Of a DNA stretch of 64,000 nucleotides, positions 50,072 to 60,418 are shown piece by piece (position 1 is the stretch's first letter; each line of letters opens with the position of its first letter). A model generated the notes under the pieces. That model made no database searches, had not been told where the DNA came from, and saw nothing but the letters and a program-made list of their open reading frames with translations. The DNA lies in the IMG/VR virus record IMGVR_UViG_3300037502_002993, positions 1-64,000 of that record, one strand, 5' to 3'. Position numbers and translations under genes: made by a program.

Positions 50072-51528
50072 TTGACACTCCCCTTCTTAAAAGAAGGGGA
50101 TTCTTGCTTCACAGAACTGACTTACCTTCGGTAAGGAAGGCAGAGGCCACTTTCTCCACAAGCGTTTAGTGAGTCCGTATGCCCTACGGCCTCTGCTAAA
50201 GTCACTACTCAAGCTACATCTAAGCGGTGTTCCTGTAAGAACACCGCAGTCAGTGTGTTCCTCAAATGGCTCGCTGGTGGGAGTAGCTCCAATCCCATCT
50301 TCTTAAGATTGATAGCGGCATTGTGATCACGATCATGTTGAGCGCTACAACTGGGACACTCCCACCAACGCTCGCTGAGCTTGAGTTTGTTCTTACCATG
50401 TAGTCGATGGCCACACGCACTGCAAGTCTGTGTACTCGGGAAGAATCTCTCTGCGATAATCACCTTGCAGTGCTGCGACTCATCGGCCTTGTAGATCAGT
50501 TGGGACAGGAACTGCCGCCATCCACAATCACTGATGTGTTTAGCGAGTCTCCTGTTCCTGACCATGCCTTCAATATTCAAGTTCTCAATAGCTATTGTGG
50601 AGCATTGGTCTACAAGGTTACGAGAGAGCTTATGCTGAAAGTCTAACCGACACCGCTTGGTTTTTGCGTATATTTTAGCGACTTTCAGCTGTTGCTTTCT
50701 GTAGTTACTGGAACCTTGCTTTTTCCTAGCAAGAGAGCGTTGCGCCCTCGCCAGTCTCCTGGCGTATTGCCCTTGGTATTTGGGATTGGCATATTCCCTT
50801 CCTTCTGAGTCCACGGCAAAGGTCTTAATCCCCAAATCCAATCCCAAATGGGCGTCTCCATTCGTGAGCCGGGGTTCACACTCGCAAATGAAACACGCGT
50901 AGTACTCTCCATTGGACTCACGAATGATACTGACAGAACTGGGTGGGGTGGGGAGGACCCCACCCCACTTCTCATGCTTCTGTTTGTAACTCCATTTAGT
51001 TTTGATAGGGGAATGCATGGCTTTAGCCATGCGGAATTCTCCACTCTCCAAATCTAAGGAGAATGCAGAGTTCGTCAGCCGGATGGACTGACGACTGAGT
51101 CGTTTTTTAAACTTGGGAAATCCAACTTTCCCTTTCCCTTTGAAAAAGGATTGGAAAGCAGTCCCGAGGTCCCTAAGGGACTGTTGTAAGATGACTGAGG
51201 AGACCTCATAGAGAAACCCATGCTCTTTCTTTAACTCGGGGAGTCTCACCACGAGTGCATTCGCACTCAGTTTGGGTTTCTCTAGTGTTGGGTTTGTCTG
51301 GTAAGCCTCATACTCCTCCCGTACCCTGTTGAGTACTTGATTCCAGACAAACCGTTTACAGCCAAATGACCTCGCCAGGAGGTCACGTTGTATGGCATTC
51401 GGATAGAGCCGAAAGCGAAACGCTTTCGTAACCATGATGACCTCCTGGGAAAGTGGATTGGTGTATATGTTAGTATTTAGTGGTCTTATATCCCCGCCAT
51501 AAATGACGGGGTTTTACGACCACAACTG
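50072..51528 (-). mobile_element. Complete tnpB-only IS200/IS605 (IS1341-group) element, copy 4
   Basis: Minus strand: TTAT|CAGTTGTGG left end with CCCCGTC-ATTTAT-GGCGGGG hairpin, tnpB, omegaRNA, right-end hairpin and TCAA; no target duplication. Confidence 0.93.
50209..51435 (-). CDS. tnpB: TnpB RNA-guided endonuclease
   Basis: KAFRFRLYPN, FGC.RFVWN, GFPKFKK, RuvC D (GLDLG), E (IENL) and D (DRD.NAA), CSAC..CPSC. Confidence 0.95.
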   Translation of the reverse strand: MVTKAFRFRLYPNAIQRDLLARSFGCKRFVWNQVLNRVREEYEAYQTNPTLEKPKLSANALVVRLPELKKEHGFLYEVSSVILQQSLRDLGTAFQSFFKGKGKVGFPKFKKRLSRQSIRLTNSAFSLDLESGEFRMAKAMHSPIKTKWSYKQKHEKWGGVLPTPPSSVSIIRESNGEYYACFICECEPRLTNGDAHLGLDLGIKTFAVDSEGREYANPKYQGQYARRLARAQRSLARKKQGSSNYRKQQLKVAKIYAKTKRCRLDFQHKLSRNLVDQCSTIAIENLNIEGMVRNRRLAKHISDCGWRQFLSQLIYKADESQHCKVIIAERFFPSTQTCSACGHRLHGKNKLKLSERWWECPSCSAQHDRDHNAAINLKKMGLELLPPASHLRNTLTAVFLQEHRLDVA

Positions 51529-52164
51529 ATAACGACGATCTGACGAATGAAAACTGACATAGAAGCCAGCAAGGGGTTTAACTGCTCTACAACGAGAGCA
51601 GCGCTTGAGTTGGTGGTCAGGAACGTCGTTGAGTCCCTCCTCAAGTACCAGTCTTAAGGTCTGGCGTTTGCGAAACTCCAACACCGTCTCATCCACCACC
51701 CCATCGCGAGCTTGGCTTCGTTCTCTAACAGAGCGACTGACACAGGCTTTACAACGTGAACCACGCCCTGTCTTCTTGCGTCGGTCAATACTGAAATCTG
51801 TTATCGGTTTTTCTTCGCTGCATAACCGGCACTTCCTCTCGCCCTCCATCTGCGGTGGAAAGGTAGTCCTGGCCGCATCCTTACAAACGCGGCATGTTAG
51901 GTTGAGGCCGTACTTGTTGCGACCGACCAGATCAAAATCCGTCACCAGACGAACCTGATCGCACTTCCTACAGGCAAACAGCAAGGCATCATCAGGGAAT
52001 GTCGCCGTTACTCGCAGACGCAACTCCTGTTGAAGTTCCAGTAGACGATAGCGTTTACTTGGCACCACCTCTCGCCCGTCGGCGTATCGCATAGCCAGGT
52101 CCTTTATGCCATAGTGGGGTGCCGTTAGGCACCCCTTTAACAGGAGGGGGTTAACCCCCATCAA
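51514..52164 (-). CDS. Triple Zn-finger (CxxC) repeat protein, C-terminus cut by the IS
   Basis: CRKC/CRVC, CRLC/CKAC, CSRC; IS removal restores DRRY|PHCSECDEK..KA* (50009..50071); start uncertain. Confidence 0.75.
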   Translation of the reverse strand: MMGVNPLLLKGCLTAPHYGIKDLAMRYADGREVVPSKRYRLLELQQELRLRVTATFPDDALLFACRKCDQVRLVTDFDLVGRNKYGLNLTCRVCKDAARTTFPPQMEGERKCRLCSEEKPITDFSIDRRKKTGRGSRCKACVSRSVRERSQARDGVVDETVLEFRKRQTLRLVLEEGLNDVPDHQLKRCSRCRAVKPLAGFYVSFHSSDRRYQLWS

Positions 52165-52936
52165 CTTCTGTGGTTTCAGGCGGTTCGTTTTCCAAATTGA
52201 TCAACTTACCGAACAGTACGGCAGAAGCAGATATCACGTCATCCATAAAGGCATACACGTTCTGGATAAGGTAGAACGGCTTACCCACTGCCTTTACATG
52301 GATGTCCTGTCCGCAATAACGCCCCTTGTGAAGCTGCTCGATTAACCCAGCCACGTGGGCGACATACCCCGCATAATGGTACCCGCCAGTATGAATGGTA
52401 GTATCCTCAAGTTCTATCATACCAGGCTCAACGAAGAAGTCATGTTCCTTATGTTTGATCGACCGGAAGTGTTCTCCATCCCAGAGGAGTTGGTTTTTGC
52501 CGAGGTAGTCTGCACTGATAAGAATCAGTCCGTCGGCAATAAACATGTGCGGCTCATTACCTCCGAAGTGGGTTAGCTCCCGCATCCAGAAGGTCCATTC
52601 CTCTTCCGGTATCGCCTCGATGACGGCTGCAAGTTCTATCCCGTTAGTGATGGTGATCACCCTCACCACAGTGACCTCAGCACCCCCACCCGAAAAGAAA
52701 TCACTCATGTGGTAGGCGATTTCCGGGTTCTCCAACAACGCCCCAACTAAAGGGTGGGTCTCAGGAACTTCGAAGATGTCACAGATGAGCTCTTTGGCTG
52801 GGTTCAGAGAGACTGTCTCTTCCCACGGACGCGAGTAGCGATAGACGATGTGCGCGAGAGCTATTGGGTCCTTTTTATACATGTCCGGGTTAAGGCGAAA
52901 CAGTGGAGTATTGGCCAGTTTTGTTAAATCGATCAT
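52151..52936 (-). CDS. Hypothetical protein
   Basis: GAGG RBS, 261 aa. Confidence 0.7.
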   Translation of the reverse strand: MIDLTKLANTPLFRLNPDMYKKDPIALAHIVYRYSRPWEETVSLNPAKELICDIFEVPETHPLVGALLENPEIAYHMSDFFSGGGAEVTVVRVITITNGIELAAVIEAIPEEEWTFWMRELTHFGGNEPHMFIADGLILISADYLGKNQLLWDGEHFRSIKHKEHDFFVEPGMIELEDTTIHTGGYHYAGYVAHVAGLIEQLHKGRYCGQDIHVKAVGKPFYLIQNVYAFMDDVISASAVLFGKLINLENEPPETTEVDGG

Positions 52937-53070
52937 TTTAATTACCTCGGTTCTTCGGTTTCATAGCAGTTTCCCGTCAGTCTTAGGCCAGGTTCAAGGT
53001 TCAATGTTTTTCCCAGAGAACCGATTTCGTGGTGTATGCAGTATACACCATAGCAGCTTAATGAATGTTA

Positions 53071-53310
53071 CTAGCCTCTTCCTGAAAAATGAACACCGTT
53101 GGCAATAACAAAACCTTCGGGATCGACATAAATCCTTCCGTTTTTACAAGGTTCGCCATTTACCGTTATGGTTCTTGGTCCGCGAACCTGAATGTCCATC
53201 TCCTCTAGCCACGCGCTAATGGCATTAGCCACTTCGTCACCTGATAGTTCAATTTTCACACCTGGCCCAAACATGGTTATTCCGTCACCATATTCAATAT
53301 TCATTACCAT
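53071..53310 (-). CDS. Small hypothetical protein
   Basis: AAGGAG RBS; GPGV.IELSGDEVA..RIYVDP motifs. Confidence 0.7.
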   Translation of the reverse strand: MVMNIEYGDGITMFGPGVKIELSGDEVANAISAWLEEMDIQVRGPRTITVNGEPCKNGRIYVDPEGFVIANGVHFSGRG

Positions 53311-53409
53311 ACTCCTTGTTATTAACCATAGGCCCCTCCCATGAGCGGGAGGGGCCTTGTACTGATTTATACCGCTACATCACCGAAATCAATCAGTCCA
53401 TGTGGGTGG

Positions 53410-55083
53410 TTAAACTGCCGCCTGTGGAAATTTAATCGCAGGGAGTGGTTCATAATTGACGAGTTCGAAATCGTCAATTATGAATTCATTGAGTTCTTTA
53501 CGATTTCTATTTATTACTACCTGAGGTTTGTCCTCTCCACACTCCGCGTTTCTCCCAAGTTGTTCAACAATCCCCTCAATTTGGTTTTTATAAATATGTA
53601 CGTCGCCCCCTGTCCAAATAAATTCCCCCACTTCCATATTCACAACTTGAGCAACCATCATTAACAGTAGTGAGTAGGAAGCTATGTTGTAGGGAACACC
53701 CAGACAAAAATCCGCAGACCTCTGAAAAAGCTGACAGGATAGTCTATAACGATCGCCACCGGGGATGGGTTTCGCGTAAAACTGAAACATAACGTGACAC
53801 GGAGGGAGTGCTTGGAGTCCTTGAGCGGGATTTAAGTTAGGTTGAATTGTTTCATTGGACAAAACTTCAGGATTCCAACCACTGACAATGTGTCTTCTTG
53901 AGTTAGGTCTTTCTCTGAGCCCTTTTATGAGGTCTGATATCTGATCTGAGAAGAGTCTCCGCCTGACTAATTTACCCTCAGGAGGGCTGTAGTGTTCAAT
54001 TTTATATCCATCGAACTTCCTACTCTCATAGATACCATTTCTGAAATTACGGTAGGTTTCTACGTTGACACCAAGAAATCGCGTAAAATCAGTTATTGTT
54101 TCAAAGAGATATTTATTACCGGAAGTATCTTCCACTTCAACAGGAACACCATCCCTATTTAGTCCGATGTTGTACGATCTAGGTAGAAATATAGTAGTCG
54201 ATATATCGTAGCAATTACTCCCAAAATAATCTTTGTCAAGGGAGTAAAGATGTGGAGTTTGGCACCACTCTTCGTAAAAGGGAATACAGGAAATGTCTTC
54301 CAGGAAATTTTCGAAACACAACCACCGTGGCGACACATAAGTGCCCTCTAACCCATAATACTTATACGAAGGGTGGGTGGCCTGATGACACCTCACTACC
54401 ATGTTTCTCCAAAGTGAATAAGCCTGCTCGTTAAAAGGGCGCTTGGGATTTCCTATACATGCTACATCTGCGACAGATGGAACATGTGTGTCTTTGACGT
54501 GAATATTGTTTCTTATATTTGGTCTGGTGACTTCAGCGTAATTTCCCGTGTTTACAAATCTTACTAAATAAATAGTATTACGACCCCCAAGAGTCCCTAA
54601 CTCTTTTATAATCTCGTACGGGTCACCGTAATTTTCCTGGAACCTTTCCAGATCACCCGCATATTCGCTATCAATATGCTCGGGACGACTTGCTATAGGT
54701 AGCTCAACTGGTCCCGGTGCAGGGCCGGTTCGTACATCCACTAATTCAGCAAACGGTGATTGTACAGGCCAGCGTCTCCACATGGCCGAATATATCGGGC
54801 CTAAGTTACCTTCATCGTCAGCCCAAGCGTTCCAAATGTTCACTCCTCTACTCTTAAGGTAGAAATTATTAGTATCACCCCTCAGGAACCACAGGAGTTC
54901 GTGTATGATCGAACGCAGGTTGATATTTTTTGTTAGTAGTAAAGGAAAATGTTCGCTTACATTGAAACGCATCTGCTTACCGATCAGTGATAGAGTTCCT
55001 ACCCCAGTCCGGTCATCAGTGTCTATGCCGTCGTTGAGAATATCCCTGGCAATATTTAAATACTGCTTATCTACACTATTCAT
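53410..55083 (-). CDS. thyA: Thymidylate synthase with a ~270-aa in-frame endonuclease-like insertion
   Basis: DRTGVGT, ELLWFLRG, LGPIY, SRRHIV, ALPPCH, QRSAD, PYNIASY, DVHIY. Confidence 0.93.
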   Translation of the reverse strand: MNSVDKQYLNIARDILNDGIDTDDRTGVGTLSLIGKQMRFNVSEHFPLLLTKNINLRSIIHELLWFLRGDTNNFYLKSRGVNIWNAWADDEGNLGPIYSAMWRRWPVQSPFAELVDVRTGPAPGPVELPIASRPEHIDSEYAGDLERFQENYGDPYEIIKELGTLGGRNTIYLVRFVNTGNYAEVTRPNIRNNIHVKDTHVPSVADVACIGNPKRPFNEQAYSLWRNMVVRCHQATHPSYKYYGLEGTYVSPRWLCFENFLEDISCIPFYEEWCQTPHLYSLDKDYFGSNCYDISTTIFLPRSYNIGLNRDGVPVEVEDTSGNKYLFETITDFTRFLGVNVETYRNFRNGIYESRKFDGYKIEHYSPPEGKLVRRRLFSDQISDLIKGLRERPNSRRHIVSGWNPEVLSNETIQPNLNPAQGLQALPPCHVMFQFYAKPIPGGDRYRLSCQLFQRSADFCLGVPYNIASYSLLLMMVAQVVNMEVGEFIWTGGDVHIYKNQIEGIVEQLGRNAECGEDKPQVVINRNRKELNEFIIDDFELVNYEPLPAIKFPQAAV

Positions 55084-55128
55084 TCCCACTCCTATTAACA
55101 TAGTCAATAAACAATTGTTTGTTGTTTA

Positions 55129-55419
55129 TTATTTATCTGTTTTGGCTTCTTCCACTATAGTGAAAGGCATCTTGGGAAGACCGTGTTTCAGCGTGTGTGA
55201 AAACATTGACTTGTGAGAGATGTCCTCTCCTTTATAGGTGGGATTCAGATTTTCGACGTCACCCCCAGAAAGCTCTATGCGCTTTCGCCAGGTCAGGGGT
55301 GACGTGCAGGGCGCCTGTAGTCCCTCGGTATTTTCATCGGTAATGCCGCACTTAACGCACTTGTGATCATAGAGAGATGAACTCATTGACATCCTGAGAA
55401 CGTGGCTATCGTGGTACAT
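55129..55419 (-). CDS. Hypothetical protein with CxxC
   Basis: AAGGA RBS. Confidence 0.55.
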   Translation of the reverse strand: MYHDSHVLRMSMSSSLYDHKCVKCGITDENTEGLQAPCTSPLTWRKRIELSGGDVENLNPTYKGEDISHKSMFSHTLKHGLPKMPFTIVEEAKTDK

Positions 55420-55599
55420 GGTGTATTTCCTTTTTGATGTTAAAATAGAAGGGTCGTTATACTGCTACTTCTTTCTGCTGTACTGGATCGAGAATGAAGC
55501 GGTACTGCATGGCGGCGTCATAGACGCTCCCCTGCAAATGTTGAGGCCAGTCTTCGCGGTTTAGACCAGAGTATTTTGAGGGGGGATAACTACCTTTCT

Positions 55600-56286
55600 T
55601 CAGTCAGTGAGGTTATCTAGTCCACCGGACCATTTCTCTACGTTCTTCTTGATGGTTTTGAGTAAGTCAAAGTCGAACATGATGTCAACTTGTTCAACAT
55701 CATTCACCATGACGAACGTAATCTTACCACCGTCTGTTACAGTCCCTGAAAGACGGTAACCATTTTCTGTCATTGCGATTAACGCATTTGCAGTGATCAA
55801 TATTGGTGTGTGGTTATTGGTAGTGGGAAGCTCTTGCTCTTTTGCAAACGCAATGAAGGTATCAATTACCTCAGCCTCACTTGACCCCACAAAGGGGATG
55901 GATTGTTCTGTAATGGGTTTTGAGTGAAAAGTGCTCAACTTCCAGTTATCGAGGTTGTTATCCCAGGTCTCTTTGGTGGGGGACAGGGTATTAAACAAGG
56001 TAATGATGATCTCAGCATCCGGCGGTTCGCCTATACCGGCAAACGTTAGCTTGGTCCAGTCATAGCGCCCTGGGATTTTATCAGTTTCACTATGTTGTTC
56101 TCCGACTTCTTTCACCACGGCAATCTCGTCCCGAATGCCTTTTGCAAGGTGAAGAAGCGATGGGCGATTCATCTCGCCCGAGGTATGGATCTCTTCAATG
56201 TTATCAGCGAACTCACTGAGGTAAGTAATAGTTTCCTTTACGTTGCGATTGGTCTGTAGTAATGCAAACGACGTCACGTTTGACAT
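55600..56286 (-). CDS. Hypothetical protein (start MSNVTS)
   Basis: GAGG RBS. Confidence 0.65.
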   Translation of the reverse strand: MSNVTSFALLQTNRNVKETITYLSEFADNIEEIHTSGEMNRPSLLHLAKGIRDEIAVVKEVGEQHSETDKIPGRYDWTKLTFAGIGEPPDAEIIITLFNTLSPTKETWDNNLDNWKLSTFHSKPITEQSIPFVGSSEAEVIDTFIAFAKEQELPTTNNHTPILITANALIAMTENGYRLSGTVTDGGKITFVMVNDVEQVDIMFDFDLLKTIKKNVEKWSGGLDNLTD

Positions 56287-56347
56287 GATGTACCTCAATG
56301 AACTAGGGCATAAAAGGTAATGGTGATTAAAGCGCCTATAAGGCCCA

Positions 56348-56581
56348 CTAGGAGCTTTGCGAACCAAGGGGGTATCCTGCCCACTGAAGCTGATAACGCT
56401 GCTTAGAGAGCCTCCCAGCCCGATATCCAGCAGCATAGGCAGGGCGGTACCAGACAAGGTACCCTGGCACCCTCCCCCTCAGGGGTTTTGGGGGTTTGGT
56501 GTAGTGAAACGGCCGTCCTAGACGACCATCGGCCATACCCTGTTGGTATGGTGTATTAAACCGCTGTTTTGCCTTACTCAT
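56348..56581 (-). CDS. Small basic hypothetical protein
   Basis: YQQGMADGR..YAAGYRAG; coupled to the upstream stop. Confidence 0.55.
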   Translation of the reverse strand: MSKAKQRFNTPYQQGMADGRLGRPFHYTKPPKPLRGRVPGYLVWYRPAYAAGYRAGRLSKQRYQLQWAGYPLGSQSS

Positions 56582-56987
56582 GCAGTGCCCTCTTTTTCAA
56601 TCGGGCGATAATGGCATTCATACTGAGATGGGGGTTCTGCCGCTTGAGGTTCATGAGGTGGTCATAGTTCACCCCGTAGTGTCGAGACATTGCCCGATAG
56701 TGATGGGTGTAGCTTGGTGTGTCGCGTAAGACCGCATCACGGTAGGATGTTTTCATGGTCTCAACACGATACTTCAGCGTTGCTCTGGAACGCCCGAATA
56801 GTTTTTCTAACTTCTCATAAGACATGCGACTTAAGCTATTTTCAGAATAGGCATCGCTAGGGTGGGGCTGCCACCCTATCTCAGTGCCGGGAAAACGAAT
56901 ATCGTCATCAGTCAACCCAGGCATGGGGCGTGTGGATTCCCCGTGAAAATTGATCACACGCATCTCATGTAGGCGAATCTGCATCAC
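56574..56987 (-). CDS. Hypothetical protein, possible HTH
   Basis: SYEKLEKLFGRSRATLKYR. Confidence 0.6.
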   Translation of the reverse strand: MMQIRLHEMRVINFHGESTRPMPGLTDDDIRFPGTEIGWQPHPSDAYSENSLSRMSYEKLEKLFGRSRATLKYRVETMKTSYRDAVLRDTPSYTHHYRAMSRHYGVNYDHLMNLKRQNPHLSMNAIIARLKKRALHE

Positions 56988-57092
56988 TCATTCCTTACTG
57001 TTTGCTCTACGAAAACATAGATGCCAACACACCAGTCAACATTGTACCTCTCCCTAGATGAATGGTGGAAACACGGTAAACCTCTAGACTAT

Positions 57093-57482
57093 TCAGAACT
57101 TGTTAATTTCGTTGGCCTTGTTTTCGAGCTTTTTAATGTAGAAATCAGAGCGAAAGACCAGCTCGTCATCCTCTTCCAGTCCCAGTCTATCGATGATTTT
57201 TTCTCGAAACCCCACCATTGCCTGGTGGAGGGTTTTTGTAAGTCCTAACTGGCGGCCTTCATAATAACCAATCACTATCTCCAAGAGTAGTTCATCTACT
57301 ATTTCTGATTGGAGATGTTCTTCAGTGAAGTCAGGCCACTCCAACACCTCTGGCAGTAGTGTGGGATGCTCTTCTGAGAAGGCCTTAATGAAAGCAGCTA
57401 CCGCTGGTGATTGGATGTTCGCCAGCGCTTTCCTGTAGCGCCTTCCTCTTGGTGGAAATTTTACCACGTTGTTATTAGACAT
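57093..57482 (-). CDS. Hypothetical protein (start MSNNNVVKFP)
   Basis: AAGGA RBS. Confidence 0.6.
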   Translation of the reverse strand: MSNNNVVKFPPRGRRYRKALANIQSPAVAAFIKAFSEEHPTLLPEVLEWPDFTEEHLQSEIVDELLLEIVIGYYEGRQLGLTKTLHQAMVGFREKIIDRLGLEEDDELVFRSDFYIKKLENKANEINKF

Positions 57483-57717
57483 CGCTCTCTTCCTTAGTGC
57501 GTTTATTAATACCAAGACCCAGATGCGGTGTGAGCTCACACGCCTCTCGACGAGAGAGGTCTTTATTGAGCACCCTCCAACGAATCGTGTCATGACTAAT
57601 GCCGGTGAGTTTCCCAAGCGCTCGCCATGACATCGCTTCTAACTCCTCATCGGTGTAGGGGTCAGTTGGGTTAATACGGGTATTGCAGTTACGACGTTCT
57701 CTAGCGGTGATAAGCAT
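57475..57717 (-). CDS. Small HTH protein
   Basis: SWRALGKLTGISHDTIRWR, similar to the motif in 56574..56987. Confidence 0.55.
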   Translation of the reverse strand: MLITARERRNCNTRINPTDPYTDEELEAMSWRALGKLTGISHDTIRWRVLNKDLSRREACELTPHLGLGINKRTKEESDV

Positions 57718-57732
57718 TATTACTTATGCCTA

Positions 57733-58350
57733 TTATTCATCGAGTGGTTTGAGGGCATCCATGATGCCAAGAATGCGATCGGTGTAGATAGAAACGTCCG
57801 ATTCGAAGTCATTCGTCTCCAGGTGAAACTTTCTCACCGCCCCGTTGAGTGGATCGCCAGACACTGACGTGTATTGAAGTGAAGCCAGCTGCTGATACAG
57901 GTCAAGAGCAACGCTCGGAACAGCGACAGGCAACTCAGACTCTGCGGACAGAAAGCTATTAAAGAAGTCCAGCAGTGGGGGGAGTTGCTCAGTCGAAAGC
58001 GCCACCACGTTACTTTCGGGTTTTGCCAGTGAGGTGAACTCAAGTATTGTAATGGGGGCGGTGTGATCGTCTTTTGATAGGTTTGTGAAATCCACCCAGA
58101 GCCTGCCGGCCTCCGTATCTTGGTTGATACGAAAGCTCAACACGTAGATAGAGGGGAGTTGTGAGATTGTCGACACCAGGCAGCGCACTACCTGGTCATC
58201 GAACTCAGACATCCCCTTTGGGTTTTGATCATCAATGTACACACCTGCGTCAATATCACGCAGGATGTCTTTGTAGACCTCACGAAAGGCGTCGGCCTTA
58301 TTGTCAATCATTGCTGAAGTAAACCGTGCTTGATGGTTAATGCTCATCAT
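57733..58350 (-). CDS. Hypothetical protein
   Basis: 205-aa coupled ORF. Confidence 0.65.
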   Translation of the reverse strand: MMSINHQARFTSAMIDNKADAFREVYKDILRDIDAGVYIDDQNPKGMSEFDDQVVRCLVSTISQLPSIYVLSFRINQDTEAGRLWVDFTNLSKDDHTAPITILEFTSLAKPESNVVALSTEQLPPLLDFFNSFLSAESELPVAVPSVALDLYQQLASLQYTSVSGDPLNGAVRKFHLETNDFESDVSIYTDRILGIMDALKPLDE

Positions 58351-58662
58351 TCATCCCTTTTTGTTAATGGTGAACACCTGACCGGAAGGGTCGTAAAGGC
58401 GGTAAATGGTAGCTTGCACCAGGGCATCGGGATCGAAATCCATATCAGTTCCTGACTCCGTTGCGCTCTTCACCCCCTCCATCACGGCTTCTCGGATGAG
58501 GGTCTTGAGCATCGGACTCTCCCTCAGGATTAACGGAAGGACTTGGGGGTGTTCGCGAGTCGTGGAGTAAATCCAGTGGCCCTTAGGAAGGGCCATCGAT
58601 ACCACCGCACAACCTGATCCGTCGGGTAACTCAACACCGAAATTCCGTTCGTCCATGGTCAT
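58351..58662 (-). CDS. Small phage protein
   Basis: LPDGSG...SMALPKGHWIY..DMDFDPDALVQ; AAGGAG RBS. Confidence 0.7.
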   Translation of the reverse strand: MTMDERNFGVELPDGSGCAVVSMALPKGHWIYSTTREHPQVLPLILRESPMLKTLIREAVMEGVKSATESGTDMDFDPDALVQATIYRLYDPSGQVFTINKKG

Positions 58663-58722
58663 CTCCTTAGCGTACAAAAGCGTGCAAAAAGCCCTCCCCG
58701 TTTGGGGAGGGCGGTTATGTCG

Positions 58723-59667
58723 TTAGAACACCATCCCGTCATCCATCATCTCGTCGTCTCGATCGACGATAGACTTCCGCTGGCTGTAGCTTGTGTGAAT
58801 GCGAGAGAGCTCTTTCTGTCGCTCTTGAAGGTGTGTGAAGATCCGCTCGACGTCAGCATGGTTGATAACGAAGTGCAACTGATCCCCGGAAGGGATCTGG
58901 TCAGTGAATCCAACAGTGTTGTAGTGGGGATTACCGAAGGCTGCTTCCTTATCCGGATCGTCATACAGGCTCGCCACTGAGATCGGCTCCAGCACAGCCC
59001 CTGCCTCTTTGCGGTTGAGGTGAACGGTCAAGGAGGAGAGTTGATGCCCTACTGAAACTGCTTGGTTGTAGTAGACCCAGTTAGTGACGTCCTGCGCGTC
59101 GAGCTCTGCATTGGTTTGAGAGCCGAGTTGGGCCAGTGCCTCGATGTTAAAGATGACGTTCTCATCCACGTGGGAACGAGACCCTTTGTAGTTCTCATGG
59201 TAGCAGAGCACAGCAGGACGCATGGCTTTAGCGCTCATAGCCTCAAGGGTCTTGAGCGTACCGATGGTGTTATCCGTACGGCGCTCCGTGTCGTCGGCTC
59301 CCACAGCGACGCCCACCACCGGAATGCCCTCCTCCATCAGTGCTGACATGATAGCAGGCGCGGCTACACTACCCGTGCCACCACTGGCGCTGAAGAGCAC
59401 GATGTTGAATTCAGCCGGGGTAAAGTGCTCAAGGAACCGTGGGATCTCTCGTGCAATCACTCGGTAGTTGTGCTGGCGCACACTGCCTGATCCTTTTACT
59501 CCTTCGATATAGACCCGTTTCTCAGGGTCGATGTTATCGGCGATGTTGGCTTTGCTGGAGTCCAGGTATACCACATCCACGTAGGGACTCTGAATCCGCT
59601 GACCCAGGTTGATTCCCAAGCCGCCGCAGCAGTAGATATTTACGCGCTTATTTACCGTACTGTCCAT
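58723..59667 (-). CDS. phuZ: PhuZ tubulin-like spindle protein
   Basis: CGGLGINLG, DSSKAN, GSG, tubulin signature SASGGTGS, ELD.QD, acidic tail DDGMVF. Confidence 0.93.
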   Translation of the reverse strand: MDSTVNKRVNIYCCGGLGINLGQRIQSPYVDVVYLDSSKANIADNIDPEKRVYIEGVKGSGSVRQHNYRVIAREIPRFLEHFTPAEFNIVLFSASGGTGSVAAPAIMSALMEEGIPVVGVAVGADDTERRTDNTIGTLKTLEAMSAKAMRPAVLCYHENYKGSRSHVDENVIFNIEALAQLGSQTNAELDAQDVTNWVYYNQAVSVGHQLSSLTVHLNRKEAGAVLEPISVASLYDDPDKEAAFGNPHYNTVGFTDQIPSGDQLHFVINHADVERIFTHLQERQKELSRIHTSYSQRKSIVDRDDEMMDDGMVF

Positions 59668-60418
59668 ATTTCACATACCTCTCTAATCGGTTAAATTTAA
59701 TCAGTCGGTCTATAGTGCTAATGTGAACATTTAAGCCTTCCGCAGCTTCTAACCTTGACTCGTAAGTAACGCCATTTATCGTTACGGGCCTTTTTGGTCT
59801 CCCCATACGAGACGCGACAGAAGGGTCTTTCCATAACCGTCTAGAATTGAGACGATGTTTTTCTATTGTCTCTGTCGAACACTTACGGCCAAGTTGCTTA
59901 CGTCTGTACTCAGGATCCTGCCATTTTTTAATTACTGCCTGACGATGTATTTCCTTCTTCTTTGGGTCGGAAAACTGTTCCGCATGCTGCTGACGTATGA
60001 GTGTCTTGGTCTCTTCTTTATGCTTGCGCCCGTTGAATGCAGCATAAACATCAACTGCAATATTAATCAACCCAGGGTTATTTTTACACTCCTCGATTAA
60101 CAGTTGTTCTAATCGTAGGGCATCTTCTGTAGTCTCCATCACCGTATAGGTGACCAGAAAATCGTTCGCATTACTAAAGAGTACTTGAAATCTAGGATTT
60201 TTATGCTCTTTTAATCTCAATGCTCTTAAATGTTGGCGAACTCTTACATAAATGTCCTGGCTACTGCCTATATAAAAACCACCAGTGGGAGTGTGTTCTA
60301 TGACATATGTACCAGTAACCGAATCTAATCTGCGGCTGGTGGAGAATGTTGTTCTATGGTACAGCCTGGGTGGGTCACACCCACCACAAGCGTATACGCG
60401 AACAGTTACTTCAGACAT
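59648..60418 (-). CDS. GIY-YIG homing endonuclease fused to the original PhuZ N-terminal peptide
   Basis: GTY..FYIGSS..R, LEQ..IN, NUMOD3-like GRKHKEETK, NUMOD1-like VTINGVTYESRLEAA; begins MSEVTVRVYACGG. Confidence 0.88.
   Translation of the reverse strand: MSEVTVRVYACGGCDPPRLYHRTTFSTSRRLDSVTGTYVIEHTPTGGFYIGSSQDIYVRVRQHLRALRLKEHKNPRFQVLFSNANDFLVTYTVMETTEDALRLEQLLIEECKNNPGLINIAVDVYAAFNGRKHKEETKTLIRQQHAEQFSDPKKKEIHRQAVIKKWQDPEYRRKQLGRKCSTETIEKHRLNSRRLWKDPSVASRMGRPKRPVTINGVTYESRLEAAEGLNVHISTIDRLIKFNRLERYVKYGQYGK

Noticed and set aside
53947-54765. ThyA insert as an intein or td-like intron
   Set aside because: No terminal HN with a +1 nucleophile, no Hint blocks, no group I core, and the frame is continuous
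60360-60395. Hairpin at the old phuZ junction as a gene-60-like bypass signal or intron P1
   Set aside because: No stop codon after the putative take-off site, no intron core, and phuZ has its own RBS and start
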